From assembly GCA_022825665.1 (NCBI GenBank), contig JAJDWI010000013.1, forward strand, positions 668 to 64,667: DNA of 64,000 nt, given 5' to 3'. Origin of the DNA: Candidatus Poribacteria bacterium (GTDB lineage Bacteria > Poribacteria > WGA-4E > WGA-3G). The position numbers and the translations under genes were made by a program. A model generated the notes under the pieces. It searched no databases, had not been told where the DNA came from, and was given only the letters and a program-made list of their open reading frames with translations. Positions 10,364 through 20,422 of the stretch are shown one piece after another (positions within the stretch are counted from its first letter, which is position 1; each line of letters opens with the position of its first letter).

Positions 10364-10425
10364 GATTGAAATATAAGGGTATTTATGAGATTCTTGAAAT
10401 TATGAATCTCATCATAAACTGATAT

Positions 10426-11169
10426 ATGTCGGATAACGGAAACAATGAAACCCTTAAAGGGGTAATTCTTGCAGGTGGTTTAGGAACACGATTATACCCG
10501 CTTACTAAGGTTACGAGCAAACACTTATTGCCAGTTGGAAACGAACCGATGGTATTTCACACCATCAAACTTCTTACAGAAGCAGGTGTCAACGATATTC
10601 TCATTGTTACAAATCCAATTCATGTTGGCGATTTTGTCAGTGTGTTAGGTAGTGGCAAAGAATTTGGATGTGAATTCACTTATCGTGTTCAGGAAGAGGC
10701 AAAGGGAATTGCACACGCACTCGCATTAGCGGAAGGCTTCGCTGCAGGTGGATCTACCGTTGTCATGCTTGGAGATAACATTTTTGAGTCATCAATTAGA
10801 CAAGTTGTTCAGGATTTCAAAAAACAACAAAATGGTGCACGCGTTCTCCTTAAACATGTTGACGATCCTGAACGGTTCGGTGTAGCGAATTTTAATGGAA
10901 ACAAAATCGTTTCTATTGAAGAAAAGCCTGAGCATCCTAAGAGTAATTTCGCAGTAGTCGGAGTCTATATATACGATTCATCAGTTTTTGAGATTATAAG
11001 AACAATTGAACCTTCACAACGCGGTGAATATGAAATAACTTCTGTCAACAATGTATATATTGCGCGCGGGCAACTGAGTTATACGATATTACAAGGTGAA
11101 TGGGTGGATGCTGGCACTATTGATTCACTTGCAGAAGCACACAGGATAATTCTAAATCGGAAGGAGTAG
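10426..11169 (+). CDS. Sugar-phosphate nucleotidyltransferase (glucose-1-phosphate thymidylyl/uridylyltransferase-like)
   Basis: 247 aa with N-terminal GVILAGGLGTRLYPLTK, the signature of the NTP_transferase family. Confidence 0.85.
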   Translation: MSDNGNNETLKGVILAGGLGTRLYPLTKVTSKHLLPVGNEPMVFHTIKLLTEAGVNDILIVTNPIHVGDFVSVLGSGKEFGCEFTYRVQEEAKGIAHALALAEGFAAGGSTVVMLGDNIFESSIRQVVQDFKKQQNGARVLLKHVDDPERFGVANFNGNKIVSIEEKPEHPKSNFAVVGVYIYDSSVFEIIRTIEPSQRGEYEITSVNNVYIARGQLSYTILQGEWVDAGTIDSLAEAHRIILNRKE

Positions 11170-11171
11170 CA

Positions 11172-12395
11172 TTGAACGCTACACAAAAACCATATTTATC
11201 GATTATAGTTCCAGTTTATAATGAGGAGGAAAATGTCCGCCCACTGTATGAGAAAATTCGTTCTGTATGTGAATCAATAGGCAAATCATACGAAGTTCTG
11301 TTTGTTGATGATGGGAGTCAAGATAAAACCTTTGATGTACTTTCAGAAATACGAGAATATTCGCCTAATTTATCTGTAATTAGATTTCAAGAGAATAAAG
11401 GTCAAACTTCCGCTATGGCAGCCGGCTTTGAATACGCACAAGGTGAATTTATTATTAGTATGGATGGTGATTTGCAGAACGATCCAGCAGATATACCGCA
11501 ATTGCTTGAGAAACTTGATGAGGATTACGATCTTGTCTGCGGATGGCGTAAAGAACGACAGGATAAATTTTTTACAAGACGATTACCTTCCGTCATTGCA
11601 AACTGGATCATTGGAAAGGTGACCGGTGTAGATATTCATGACAACGGATGTTCATTGAAGGCATATCGTGCTGAAGTAATTAAACAAGTCCCACTATATG
11701 GAGAAATGCATCGGTTTATTCCTGCAATGTCGACTGTTGTAGGTGCGCGTATTGCTGAAATTGTCGTCAAACATCATCCTCGTCAGTTTGGAACAAGCAA
11801 ATATGGACTTGGTAGAATATGGCGAGTTTTTCTTGATATATTAGCGTTTAAGTTGATTCTTTCCGTCTTTGCACAAAAGCCTAATCATAATCGCCACCAA
11901 TCAACAGAGCATCCATTTCGTCAGCGAATAATTCCTAAATACAATGTATACCGCATCGCAGCCTACTTGAGTTTGCCTTTCTTCATAATTGGATGTATTT
12001 TTATCAATGCTGCTATTATTGCTGCTATAAGTAGTATAATCTTAGGTATTTTGCTTATAGGAATCAGTTTTATTACTGCTTGGTCACTTTCAATAGCACA
12101 ACGTGATGTTGCCGAATTAAGTCCACTTTCATCTTTTTTTATATATCGTTGTGCAAGGCGACCTATAAGAAGTTTTGGTCCTATAGGAGTGTTTGTTTCA
12201 ATATTGGGGGCTATATTAATGGTTGGCTTCCCTCACATCGGACCTATACTTATGAATACGGGTATTCTGATATTCTGTAGTGGTTTATTCGGTGAAACGA
12301 TAGCTTATGCGAATGCTAAAAGGGTTGTTGATTACAGGATTGAGATCTTTTTGGAATCAAAGAACAATGGGAATCGACTTGAAAATGTTATCTGA
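11172..12395 (+). CDS. Family 2 glycosyltransferase (polyprenol-phosphate sugar transferase-like) with a C-terminal multi-TM extension
   Basis: 407 aa. Motifs are LSIIVPVYNEEEN, VDDGSQD and MDGDLQNDP (DxD). The C-terminal roughly 140 aa are hydrophobic. The TTG start follows GGAAGGAG. Confidence 0.85.
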   Translation: MNATQKPYLSIIVPVYNEEENVRPLYEKIRSVCESIGKSYEVLFVDDGSQDKTFDVLSEIREYSPNLSVIRFQENKGQTSAMAAGFEYAQGEFIISMDGDLQNDPADIPQLLEKLDEDYDLVCGWRKERQDKFFTRRLPSVIANWIIGKVTGVDIHDNGCSLKAYRAEVIKQVPLYGEMHRFIPAMSTVVGARIAEIVVKHHPRQFGTSKYGLGRIWRVFLDILAFKLILSVFAQKPNHNRHQSTEHPFRQRIIPKYNVYRIAAYLSLPFFIIGCIFINAAIIAAISSIILGILLIGISFITAWSLSIAQRDVAELSPLSSFFIYRCARRPIRSFGPIGVFVSILGAILMVGFPHIGPILMNTGILIFCSGLFGETIAYANAKRVVDYRIEIFLESKNNGNRLENVI

Positions 12396-13515
12396 AAAAT
12401 GGAGAACCGAATTTCCGGTCTCTAAATCCTATGTTTATATGAACCATGCTGGTGTTGCGCCCCTGTCTCGTCGAGTTATGAATGCAATGAAAAGTTTCGT
12501 AGAGGATGCTACTATGAATGGTGCTGTAAACGTAGAATCTTGGGTGGATACTGCAGAAATATGTCGGTCACTTGCAGCCAACTTAATCAATTCTGATCCT
12601 ACCGAGATAGCATTCATGAAGAACACTTCGCAAGGTATACTGATCGCAGCGAACGGTATTGATTGGAAAAAAGGGGATAATGTTGTCACTACTTCTGTTG
12701 AATTTCCTGCAAATGTCTATCCATGGTGGAGTCTGAGAGAACGATACGGTGTGGAAACCCGTATGGTAACTGAAAAGGACGGTAGGATCGATCTTGATGA
12801 TATAATTGATGCCATCAATGAACGGACACGAGTTATCACAATTAGTCATGTGGAATTTGCATCTGGTTTTAGAAACGACATTAAAACTATTGGAGAGATA
12901 TGTAAAAAGCGTGATATATGGTTTGTAGTTGACGCAATTCAGAGTCTTGGCGTGATAGAAGTTGATGTCCAGTCTTGCCATGTTGATATTCTCGCAGCAG
13001 ACGGACACAAATGGCTGCTGGCACCTGAGGGTGCAGCGATTTTTTATTGTAATCGTGAAAAACTAGATAAACTTATAAACACAAACATTGGGTGGGCAAG
13101 TGTTGTAAACCCACGTGATTTTCTTAGTTACGATATAACACAAAAACCGGACGCTACACGTTTTGAAGAAGGTTCATATAATACTGTCGGTCTATACGGA
13201 CTCAAGGCTGCGATTGAGTTGTTACTTGAAATTGGTATTTCTGAGATAGAAAACAACGTTCTTGCACTTACTGCAACTTTAATTACTGGTTTGAAATCTA
13301 AAGGTTATAAAGTAATTACACCTAACGACGATTTTGATCGTGCTGGAATTGTGGTTTTTGAAAGTGAAAAATACTCTCCGACTGAACTATACGAACTCCT
13401 TTTTGACCATAACATTATTACTGCGGAACGGGGGAGTGGTCTTAGAGTCTCACCCCATTTTTACAACACTGAAGCTGAAATAAGCCGTTTACTTGATGTC
13501 CTACCTGATGTATAA
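12367..13515 (+). CDS. Class V aminotransferase / cysteine desulfurase-like PLP enzyme
   Basis: Motifs are YMNHAGVAP, FVVDAIQSLG and ADGHKWLLAPEG (PLP lysine context). The start is uncertain (ATG at 12367 or 12385), and the track start 12307 overlaps the upstream gene. Confidence 0.82.
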   Translation: MGIDLKMLSEKWRTEFPVSKSYVYMNHAGVAPLSRRVMNAMKSFVEDATMNGAVNVESWVDTAEICRSLAANLINSDPTEIAFMKNTSQGILIAANGIDWKKGDNVVTTSVEFPANVYPWWSLRERYGVETRMVTEKDGRIDLDDIIDAINERTRVITISHVEFASGFRNDIKTIGEICKKRDIWFVVDAIQSLGVIEVDVQSCHVDILAADGHKWLLAPEGAAIFYCNREKLDKLINTNIGWASVVNPRDFLSYDITQKPDATRFEEGSYNTVGLYGLKAAIELLLEIGISEIENNVLALTATLITGLKSKGYKVITPNDDFDRAGIVVFESEKYSPTELYELLFDHNIITAERGSGLRVSPHFYNTEAEISRLLDVLPDV

Positions 13516-13559
13516 ACAGGTTATATTATTACAGCAAGTTACCCATAGGAAACAAATAA

Positions 13560-14996
13560 TTGACTATTCACAAAAAAGATCACTACTCACATTTTAGATT
13601 GAAATCCGTTCTTTGTTTTGTTCTGACTGTTCTATTATTTTACACAAGTTGTTCACTTCCAGGTGGTAACCAAAATACGAATCGTATCCGTTTTACCATC
13701 CAAAATACACTTAATATTGAGTGCAAAAGTATCCCAATTGTGTTGACTTTAGACCAGCTACAAAAGGTTAGTGCAGACTTTTCATTGAATGCATATTCCG
13801 TTGTTACAGGTAAATCTCCTCAAGAAGCGATGATTCCTGCACAAGCAGATGATTTGGACTATGACGGTGTGCGTGACCAGTTAGTTTTTCTCATAGACCT
13901 TAAAAAAGAAGAAACAAAAGAGTTCTCTATTCTTTATGACCCGAATGTAAAAGCAACATTTACACTTGATGTAAACAAACTTACTCGGGCTGGAATTTTC
14001 CCTGAACTAAATGCATTCGCTGCAATCGAATCAGACCTGATCGCATATCTCCTAAAACCGAATGGGTCTATTATTGCTTATGGCAAAAAACGTCAAGAAC
14101 TATTCAGCGTTAATAGTATGTTCCAGGGTGAATTAGATATGGAACGGCAGCTTTCACAAGAGTTTAGACTCCATTTTGATCGTAACGGAATTGCTCTAAC
14201 ACAAAACCTAAATGCACTTGATATAGATAGTGGGGACAGTGATAACCGATGGATAATAAGTGATCTGGAAAATCAGGAGAATTACTTTATCCGAAAGGAA
14301 GAAGAACAGCTTTATCTTTACAAATCAATTGGTATATCACTGAATGATCTCCTTGATGCGGAAAACACAACTATGGTTAGATTAACTTCTAATAAAGGCT
14401 TGATCGGTTGTGGTGGATATGCACTATGGAATAACGAGAAAAGGGAGTTAATTCCGATTTCAAATGAAGGTGATTATGTGCGAATTCTTGCTAATGGTGC
14501 TATACGGTCAATTGTTCAAAGGATTCTACCAAGTTGGAACATCAACGGTGATACATATCATTTAACCTCAACTACATACATTTATGGTGGGAATCAATGG
14601 ATTGAACGGCATATCAATGTTGATAAGGAATTACCACAGGGCTACACTATCGCTGTAGGAATTCCAAAGATTGGTGATTCTTATGATGTTGACGATGAAC
14701 AGAATCTAATGTGGAGTTGGGGAACAGATCCAGCAGATGCATATCCTCTTGGCGTTGCATTAACCTATTCGGAAACACAGACAGACAGTCAAATTGATAC
14801 AGACCCGAATATGTTGTCAGTTGTCTTGCATCCCGATGAAGAAGGACAGATAAAATATCGCACTTTAGCCATTTGGGAAGGGGGCATTAAGGGGATACAA
14901 ACGGAATCAGGATTCATACAACATCTTAATATCATGACGACGAAAATGTCAAATCCACCTATAATAAAGTTTCTACCGAAAGATGATAAGAAATAA
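13560..14996 (+). CDS. Hypothetical lipoprotein
   Basis: 478-aa ORF with signal/lipobox-like ..LLFYTSC. I recognise no catalytic motif. Confidence 0.5.
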   Translation: MTIHKKDHYSHFRLKSVLCFVLTVLLFYTSCSLPGGNQNTNRIRFTIQNTLNIECKSIPIVLTLDQLQKVSADFSLNAYSVVTGKSPQEAMIPAQADDLDYDGVRDQLVFLIDLKKEETKEFSILYDPNVKATFTLDVNKLTRAGIFPELNAFAAIESDLIAYLLKPNGSIIAYGKKRQELFSVNSMFQGELDMERQLSQEFRLHFDRNGIALTQNLNALDIDSGDSDNRWIISDLENQENYFIRKEEEQLYLYKSIGISLNDLLDAENTTMVRLTSNKGLIGCGGYALWNNEKRELIPISNEGDYVRILANGAIRSIVQRILPSWNINGDTYHLTSTTYIYGGNQWIERHINVDKELPQGYTIAVGIPKIGDSYDVDDEQNLMWSWGTDPADAYPLGVALTYSETQTDSQIDTDPNMLSVVLHPDEEGQIKYRTLAIWEGGIKGIQTESGFIQHLNIMTTKMSNPPIIKFLPKDDKK

Positions 14997-15026
14997 GTAT
15001 TACTTGTTTACATAGATGGAGAAAAG

Positions 15027-15629
15027 ATGCTCATTAAGGAAGAATATCTACAACTCATATCTTCACAGCGAACAGATGAAGTCGTGATAACCACGATGGG
15101 AATGGCAGTACCATGGGCAGAAATATCGACCCATCCACTTGACTTTGCGTCTGTTGGGAGTGCAATGGGACACGCTGCAGACTTAGCATTGGGTATTGCC
15201 CTTGCAAAACCAGATAAAAAAATAATAGTTTTTAATGGTGATGGTAGCATGTTGATGTGTTTAGGAACACTTGCCACGATTACTGGTTTGAGTGAACCAC
15301 CGTCCAATTTCCTTCTCTTTGTATGTGATAACGGAACGTATGAAGTTACAGGCAACCAACCAGTTCCGCGTAATCCTGATTTTAATTGGACGACAATTGC
15401 AATGGGTACTGGTTTTCAGCAGGTTCACGAGTATGATGATATTGAAACACTGGAAACTGATTTACCAAGCATCCTAAAAAAACCGGGACCTACATTTGTG
15501 AATCTACTAACAGAACAAGCAAACGAACCTCCACCGGACAGGTGGGGTGGTTTCCAATACCCGTATTTGCAAGAATCACTTGCAGCATCAGCACACAAGT
15601 TACGAAAGGAACTCGCAAGTAGTATGTAG
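15027..15629 (+). CDS. Thiamine-diphosphate-binding protein, beta-subunit-like (sulfopyruvate/phosphonopyruvate decarboxylase beta type)
   Basis: 200 aa with TPP motif GDGSMLMCLGTLATI ... CDNGTYEVTG. Only the C-terminal TPP-binding module is present. Confidence 0.65.
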   Translation: MLIKEEYLQLISSQRTDEVVITTMGMAVPWAEISTHPLDFASVGSAMGHAADLALGIALAKPDKKIIVFNGDGSMLMCLGTLATITGLSEPPSNFLLFVCDNGTYEVTGNQPVPRNPDFNWTTIAMGTGFQQVHEYDDIETLETDLPSILKKPGPTFVNLLTEQANEPPPDRWGGFQYPYLQESLAASAHKLRKELASSM

Positions 15630-15667
15630 ACTTTGTTCTGACATAAACTTATTAAGAAAAAACACTT

Positions 15668-16567
15668 ATGGAACAAACAAAATTAGAAACCCGACGAATG
15701 GGACGGACTGAAATGCGTCCAAATTCATTGGCATTGGGTGCTGCATGGATCTGGAGTAAAGGAGATGATGAAGTTATCTCTGGAATCAGGCGCGCTATTG
15801 AACTCGGTATGAATTATATTGACTCTTATCCAGGTCATTCTGAGCATCTGTGGGGTGAAGCACTGTCCGGAGGTTTGAGAGAAAAGATCTACCTCCAAGC
15901 AAAAGTTGGCACACATCCTGAACGGAGAAAGGATTTCACCGCTGATGGCACACGTTGGAGTGTGACCAATAGTCTTAAAGATTTTCGCACAGACTATTTG
16001 GACGCAGTATTGATTCATGACCCGTTAGACATGGAAAGTGTTTTAGATAAAGGTCAGGCGTTGGATACGTTACTTGAAATGAAAGATGAAGGTCTCATCC
16101 GAAATATCGGTGCGGGGGTGCGTTCCCATGAATTTCACAAACAATTGATTGAAACTGGTCATATTGATATAATACTCACTTTCTTAGACTATACACTATT
16201 ATCTCAAACTGTAACAGAAACGACTTTACCCTTGGCGCGTCAACATGATGTTGGTATTATTCTTGCGAGTCCATTAGGTATGGGAAGCCTGACTGGAGCA
16301 GAGCCAAACATAGATGAGGAACGTAGACGTAATCCTAATTCAGAACCAAAAGCGCATGCAATGTGGAAATGGTGTCAGGAACATAATGTAAATATCCGTC
16401 ATTTAGCATTGCAATTTTGTCTCGCTGCCCCGATTGATGGCGTTGTAATGTTCGGTCCCGCTGACAAAGCACAAGTTGAAGACGGATATGAAGCTGCTAC
16501 ATCTGAAATATCGGAAGAAATATGGGAAGCATTTGAGGCAGAATTTGGAATCAATCGTGGAATGTAA
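15668..16567 (+). CDS. Aldo/keto reductase
   Basis: 299 aa with AKR-type motifs YIDSYPGHSE, LIHDP and ASPLGMG. Confidence 0.88.
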   Translation: MEQTKLETRRMGRTEMRPNSLALGAAWIWSKGDDEVISGIRRAIELGMNYIDSYPGHSEHLWGEALSGGLREKIYLQAKVGTHPERRKDFTADGTRWSVTNSLKDFRTDYLDAVLIHDPLDMESVLDKGQALDTLLEMKDEGLIRNIGAGVRSHEFHKQLIETGHIDIILTFLDYTLLSQTVTETTLPLARQHDVGIILASPLGMGSLTGAEPNIDEERRRNPNSEPKAHAMWKWCQEHNVNIRHLALQFCLAAPIDGVVMFGPADKAQVEDGYEAATSEISEEIWEAFEAEFGINRGM

Positions 16568-16819
16568 ACAAAATTATTGTTAGATACTATTACAATTTTC
16601 TTGCATTAAATAATCAAAAATGTTATAATTCTTCAGAATTCAATACTGTGATATGTATTTTTTCATGCAATCACGAAAATAAAACACAATTTCGGTATAG
16701 CTAGCAAGCCGAAATATTCAAATATTAGTTTTTATGTTGCTCAATTTGGTATTTTAGGAAGCGCGCTTCTTACCTAATATAAGCAAATTTAGCATACTGA
16801 ATAAGGAGATCTCTTAACT

Positions 16820-17560
16820 ATGAAAAAATTGGCAATTCTTCTTACAATTGCTTGTCTGATCATCGCACCAACTGCATTTGCACAGGACTGGCAACCGGCT
16901 GGTGACCAATGGATTGAAAAATGGTGGGCACTTGATTTAGTTATTAATACAGGTGGTTTCGCGGCATCTGCCGAACGTGACTACCTTTCTGATGGTACTA
17001 ATGGGGAACTCACAAATGTGAATGCCTCTACCCGCTACGGTGCTGGACTCTCCGGACAAATGGCTGTACACCTTCCTCCAAACAATGGTGGGGTACTTGG
17101 TTGGTCTGTAGTTTCACTGCAGTTAGATAGTACAAACAACATGTATAAGAGTCATGGTATCGCTGATAATGCACCTGGAATGTATAGGGACAATATAACT
17201 TGGCACGGAATTATTCTCATCTTGTCTCCTGATGATAGGACAACAACGATGTATCCCGCCCATGATGACCATGCTGAGATTTGGCTCAACGGTGAAAAGG
17301 TATACAACAATCCAAACTGGACTGGTGGTGCTCAAGTAGCAACCCAACCCACCGAAATTGACCTGATTCAAGGTGAAAACTTCCTACACTTCAAATGCGG
17401 TGAAGGTGGTGGTGGAGATTATGTCAATCTTCGTCTTGATGAAGCTGATGAAGACCTTCAGATTGCACCTACACTTGATGGTCAGTTCCTGAATGTTTTG
17501 ACACCTGTTGAACCTCAAGGTAAAGTTACAACTACTTGGGCTGATATTAAACGTAGATAA
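16820..17560 (+). CDS. Secreted protein with a PA14-like domain
   Basis: Signal peptide MKKLAILLTIACLIIAPTAFA. DDHAEIWLNGEKVYNN ... GENFLHFKCGEGGGGDYVNLRLD resembles the PA14 pattern. An AAGGAG RBS lies upstream. Confidence 0.5.
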   Translation: MKKLAILLTIACLIIAPTAFAQDWQPAGDQWIEKWWALDLVINTGGFAASAERDYLSDGTNGELTNVNASTRYGAGLSGQMAVHLPPNNGGVLGWSVVSLQLDSTNNMYKSHGIADNAPGMYRDNITWHGIILILSPDDRTTTMYPAHDDHAEIWLNGEKVYNNPNWTGGAQVATQPTEIDLIQGENFLHFKCGEGGGGDYVNLRLDEADEDLQIAPTLDGQFLNVLTPVEPQGKVTTTWADIKRR

Positions 17561-17582
17561 ACAATTTATAGATCATCTAACA

Positions 17583-17616
17583 AAAAACCCGTAATCTCAA
17601 CAGATACGGGTTTTTT
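17583..17616 (+). terminator. Rho-independent terminator
   Basis: aaaaacccgta-atctcaacaga-tacgggttttt followed by a T run, 23 nt after the stop at 17560. Confidence 0.8.
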
Positions 17617-17656
17617 GTTATTTATAGTGAAAACTAAAAATAAGTGCACACTTCAC

Positions 17657-17684
17657 GGTAGATGCGGTTTCCTAACCGCATCTA
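17657..17684 (+). repeat. REP-like GTAG + hairpin (class A, ..gcggtttcctaaccgc..)
   Basis: gGTAGatgcggtttcctaaccgcatcta. Related copies lie at 46770..46795, 31485..31501, and split at 46806/46989. Confidence 0.65.
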
Positions 17685-17701
17685 TTAGGCAGATTAAACA
17701 C

Positions 17702-17728
17702 AAGTTTGGTTAGGAAACCGAACTTACC
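17702..17728 (-). repeat. Degenerate class A REP-like hairpin
   Basis: The reverse complement ggtaagttcggtttcctaaccaaactt is similar to 46770..46795. Confidence 0.5.
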
Positions 17729-17743
17729 AAATTGTAAATGTAA

Positions 17744-17813
17744 GAGGCGCAATGAATTGCGCGACTACGAACGCATTTTTTGTTGATGAGAAGTTATTAT
17801 TTAGAAATGGTAT
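17744..17813 (-). repeat. 70-nt interspersed unit (ataccatttctaaataataacttctcatcaacaaaaaatgcgttcGTAGtcgcgcaattcattgcgcctc), inverted copy
   Basis: The reverse complement aligns with 29373..29442, 29580..29649 and 31565..31634. Confidence 0.75.
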
Positions 17814-17858
17814 TATTTATAGTGAAACCAATGAATATAGGGCAATACGAAATTAGTA

Positions 17859-19529
17859 TTATTCTGACTCCGTAATTTTCAGAATCTGATTTACCTCAAC
17901 ACCTTCTAATTTTTGTATATTACCAGATTGCCACATAACTGTAACACTCTCTACTTTTTCAACATCCATCACACCGAATAACAGCCTGATATCACTTCCT
18001 GACGCATAACTTGATCCACTCTTTACTTCGGCAATCTGTGTTATTCCACCAGCATTTATTTTTACCTTTGACCCGATACCGTCTCGATTGCTTTTCTTCC
18101 CAATAAGTTTGATTCCTAACCAGTTATTTCGGTTTCCTCCCTCATTTTTCAATAATACCGCCTGCTGGTTTGAATTCATGACAACAATATCAATATCCCC
18201 ATCGTTGTCATAGTCTGCTGATGCGGCTGCTCTACCGACAAGTTCCTCAGAAAAGTAAGTGCCAGAGGTTTTTGACACCTCTACAAATGTACCATCACCG
18301 TTGTTGTGAAAAAGTTGATCTCTTTGAGCATAAGTTTCATAATCTGTCAATTTCTCAATTACTGCTTGTGGATGTCCATTTGCACTGAAAAGATCGATAT
18401 GACCGTCGTTATCATAGTCAATAAAAAGTGGACTAAAACCGACTAACGGTAATGTCGGTTGTTGTAATTGACTTTCCACAGTCGCATCAGAAAAGTAGAA
18501 TCCACCAGAATTTTGTAGTTTATAGAGTGTTGCTTTCTCCGAATTAGCAACAATGATGTCAAACATACCGTCATGGTTGTAATCCCCATAGTCTACCCCC
18601 ATAGACCCTTCTGCAACCCCATTCTCATCATATCCAGTACCGAGAAACAGACTTTCTTCAGAAAATGTCCCATCACCATTGTTATGATATAGAAAATTGC
18701 GACTGGTATCGTTTGCCACAAAAATATCTGGATATCTGTCATTATCGTAGTCAAGAGCCACAGCAGCCATACCGCGTCCTTCACTTGGATTTACCAAACC
18801 TGCTTCCTCCGCAACATTTGTAAATGTTCCATCTCCATTATTCCTGTAGAGTACATCCGGTGTTCCTTCATAACTTCGTGGATGTCCATACCCGACAATC
18901 CCCTTATAAGTCGTCACTGGCATTGACAGATTATAGATGAGATAATTCACTACGAATATATCCAAATCTCCATCTATATCATAGTCCAAGAATACAGCTG
19001 CAATACTCCAAAGCTCATTATCAATTCCTGCGATCTTTGTGATGTTGGTAAATGTCCCATCACCGTTGTTTCGGTATAAGTTATCTTGACCAAAGTTAGC
19101 AACATATAGGTCAGCATCACCGTCATTATCAATGTCACCAGCAGATGCAGCCATACCGTAACCTGTATCTCCACAACCTGCAGCACCAGTAACATCACTA
19201 AAACGTCCGTTTCCTTCATTTCGATAAAGCACATTTTTTGCAGTTTCTTGAATTTTCTTCTTTGAGACACCTTCCATAGGAACAACTCCGCTGTTTACAA
19301 GGTACAGGTCAACGTTGCTATCTCCGTTATAATCAAAAAAGACAGCCCCAGAACCCATTGTCTCAATAATATGCTTATGTTCGGTCTTACCGTTATTATG
19401 TTTGAAGTCTATACCAACATCTTTAGTTACATCAATGTATAGGGGTAATTGTTGGGCAGCAGCTAATCTGATAAACAGTGTGAAAAGTGTTAGGTATATA
19501 AGTATAGATTTTGATTTATATGATTTCAT
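17859..19529 (-). CDS. CRTAC1-family protein (FG-GAP/VCBS repeats + ASPIC/UnbV domain)
   Basis: 556 aa with a signal peptide. It has many D-x-D/N-x-DG-x-x-D FG-GAP repeats (DYDNDGDIDIVV and others). The C-terminal NNWLGIKLIG..SNRDGIGSKV...GSSYASGSD is the UnbV_ASPIC signature. Confidence 0.85.
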   Translation of the reverse strand: MKSYKSKSILIYLTLFTLFIRLAAAQQLPLYIDVTKDVGIDFKHNNGKTEHKHIIETMGSGAVFFDYNGDSNVDLYLVNSGVVPMEGVSKKKIQETAKNVLYRNEGNGRFSDVTGAAGCGDTGYGMAASAGDIDNDGDADLYVANFGQDNLYRNNGDGTFTNITKIAGIDNELWSIAAVFLDYDIDGDLDIFVVNYLIYNLSMPVTTYKGIVGYGHPRSYEGTPDVLYRNNGDGTFTNVAEEAGLVNPSEGRGMAAVALDYDNDRYPDIFVANDTSRNFLYHNNGDGTFSEESLFLGTGYDENGVAEGSMGVDYGDYNHDGMFDIIVANSEKATLYKLQNSGGFYFSDATVESQLQQPTLPLVGFSPLFIDYDNDGHIDLFSANGHPQAVIEKLTDYETYAQRDQLFHNNGDGTFVEVSKTSGTYFSEELVGRAAASADYDNDGDIDIVVMNSNQQAVLLKNEGGNRNNWLGIKLIGKKSNRDGIGSKVKINAGGITQIAEVKSGSSYASGSDIRLLFGVMDVEKVESVTVMWQSGNIQKLEGVEVNQILKITESE

Positions 19530-19540
19530 TGAAGGAAGGA

Positions 19541-20419
19541 TTAATCTTTATCTGATTTATCTACTGATTTTGCTACTCGGAAACCGACAAAGGATGTTTT
19601 CAGTGAAGGATATAAATAAAAACGAAAAGTTGTACTACAACGTGCAAGTTTGTCAATCCAAGAACCACCTCTGAGGATACGCCAACTTCCGACATCAGGA
19701 CCTTTTGGATTTCTATTTGGACTGTGAGTATAGTATACATCACTGTACCAATCTGCTGTCCATTCCCAAACGTTACCTGCCATATCCATCGCACCGAAAA
19801 AACTCTTTCCCTTTGGATAACTACCAACGGGAGCGATCATGTTATCATAACCATCATTTTGCTCTGATGTATTGGCATGTGGAAGCATGGAATTACCCCA
19901 GGGCCATATCCTATCTGAATAACCACGTGCTGCCTTTTCCCACTCCGCTTCTGTTGGTAGACGCATTCCTTTCCATTCAGCATAAGCCTTCGCATCGTAC
20001 CACGAGACACCGACAACTGGATGATCCGGTAATTTTGTTGCACGTTCAGGCCAGTTCCCTATATGCGTCCCTATATGCGGAAGATGTGAGAAGTTCTCCG
20101 GGGTGTGTTGATTTTCTTCAGTGACATTCTTAGAATTCTTCTTTTGCAAATTGATCCAAAATTCATAATATTCCGCATTTGTTACTTCATACTTACTAAT
20201 ATAGAATGCATCAATAAAAACTTTGTGTGCAGGTTTTTCATCCTCAGCACGGCTTGTACTACCCATTGTAAATGTTCCTGCCTGAATTAGTATCATCATA
20301 TTCTCTCTTTCTTCTGCGGAAACATCGATTGAAACCACTAAAAAATAAAAGAATATAAGAATAACCGCTGAAAATCGTCTAATATTCAAAGAAATTAGTT
20401 CCTGTTGTGCTAAATTCAA
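19541..20419 (-). CDS. Formylglycine-generating enzyme family protein (SUMF1/EgtB-like)
   Basis: 292 aa. Motifs are RLPTEAEWEKAARG, GNVWEWTADW and RILRGGSW. Confidence 0.85.
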   Translation of the reverse strand: MNLAQQELISLNIRRFSAVILIFFYFLVVSIDVSAEERENMMILIQAGTFTMGSTSRAEDEKPAHKVFIDAFYISKYEVTNAEYYEFWINLQKKNSKNVTEENQHTPENFSHLPHIGTHIGNWPERATKLPDHPVVGVSWYDAKAYAEWKGMRLPTEAEWEKAARGYSDRIWPWGNSMLPHANTSEQNDGYDNMIAPVGSYPKGKSFFGAMDMAGNVWEWTADWYSDVYYTHSPNRNPKGPDVGSWRILRGGSWIDKLARCSTTFRFYLYPSLKTSFVGFRVAKSVDKSDKD

Positions 20420-20422
20420 AAT

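Noticed and set aside
12583-13008. Numerous antisense or out-of-frame ORFs of 60-160 aa inside long genes, for example 12583..13008 (-), 49120..49599 (+), 52301..52759 (+), 53222..53701 (+) and 28664..29107 (+).
   Set aside because: They are shadow ORFs embedded in genes with clear family motifs on the other strand or frame. They have low-complexity or Cys/Ser-rich compositions and no RBS.
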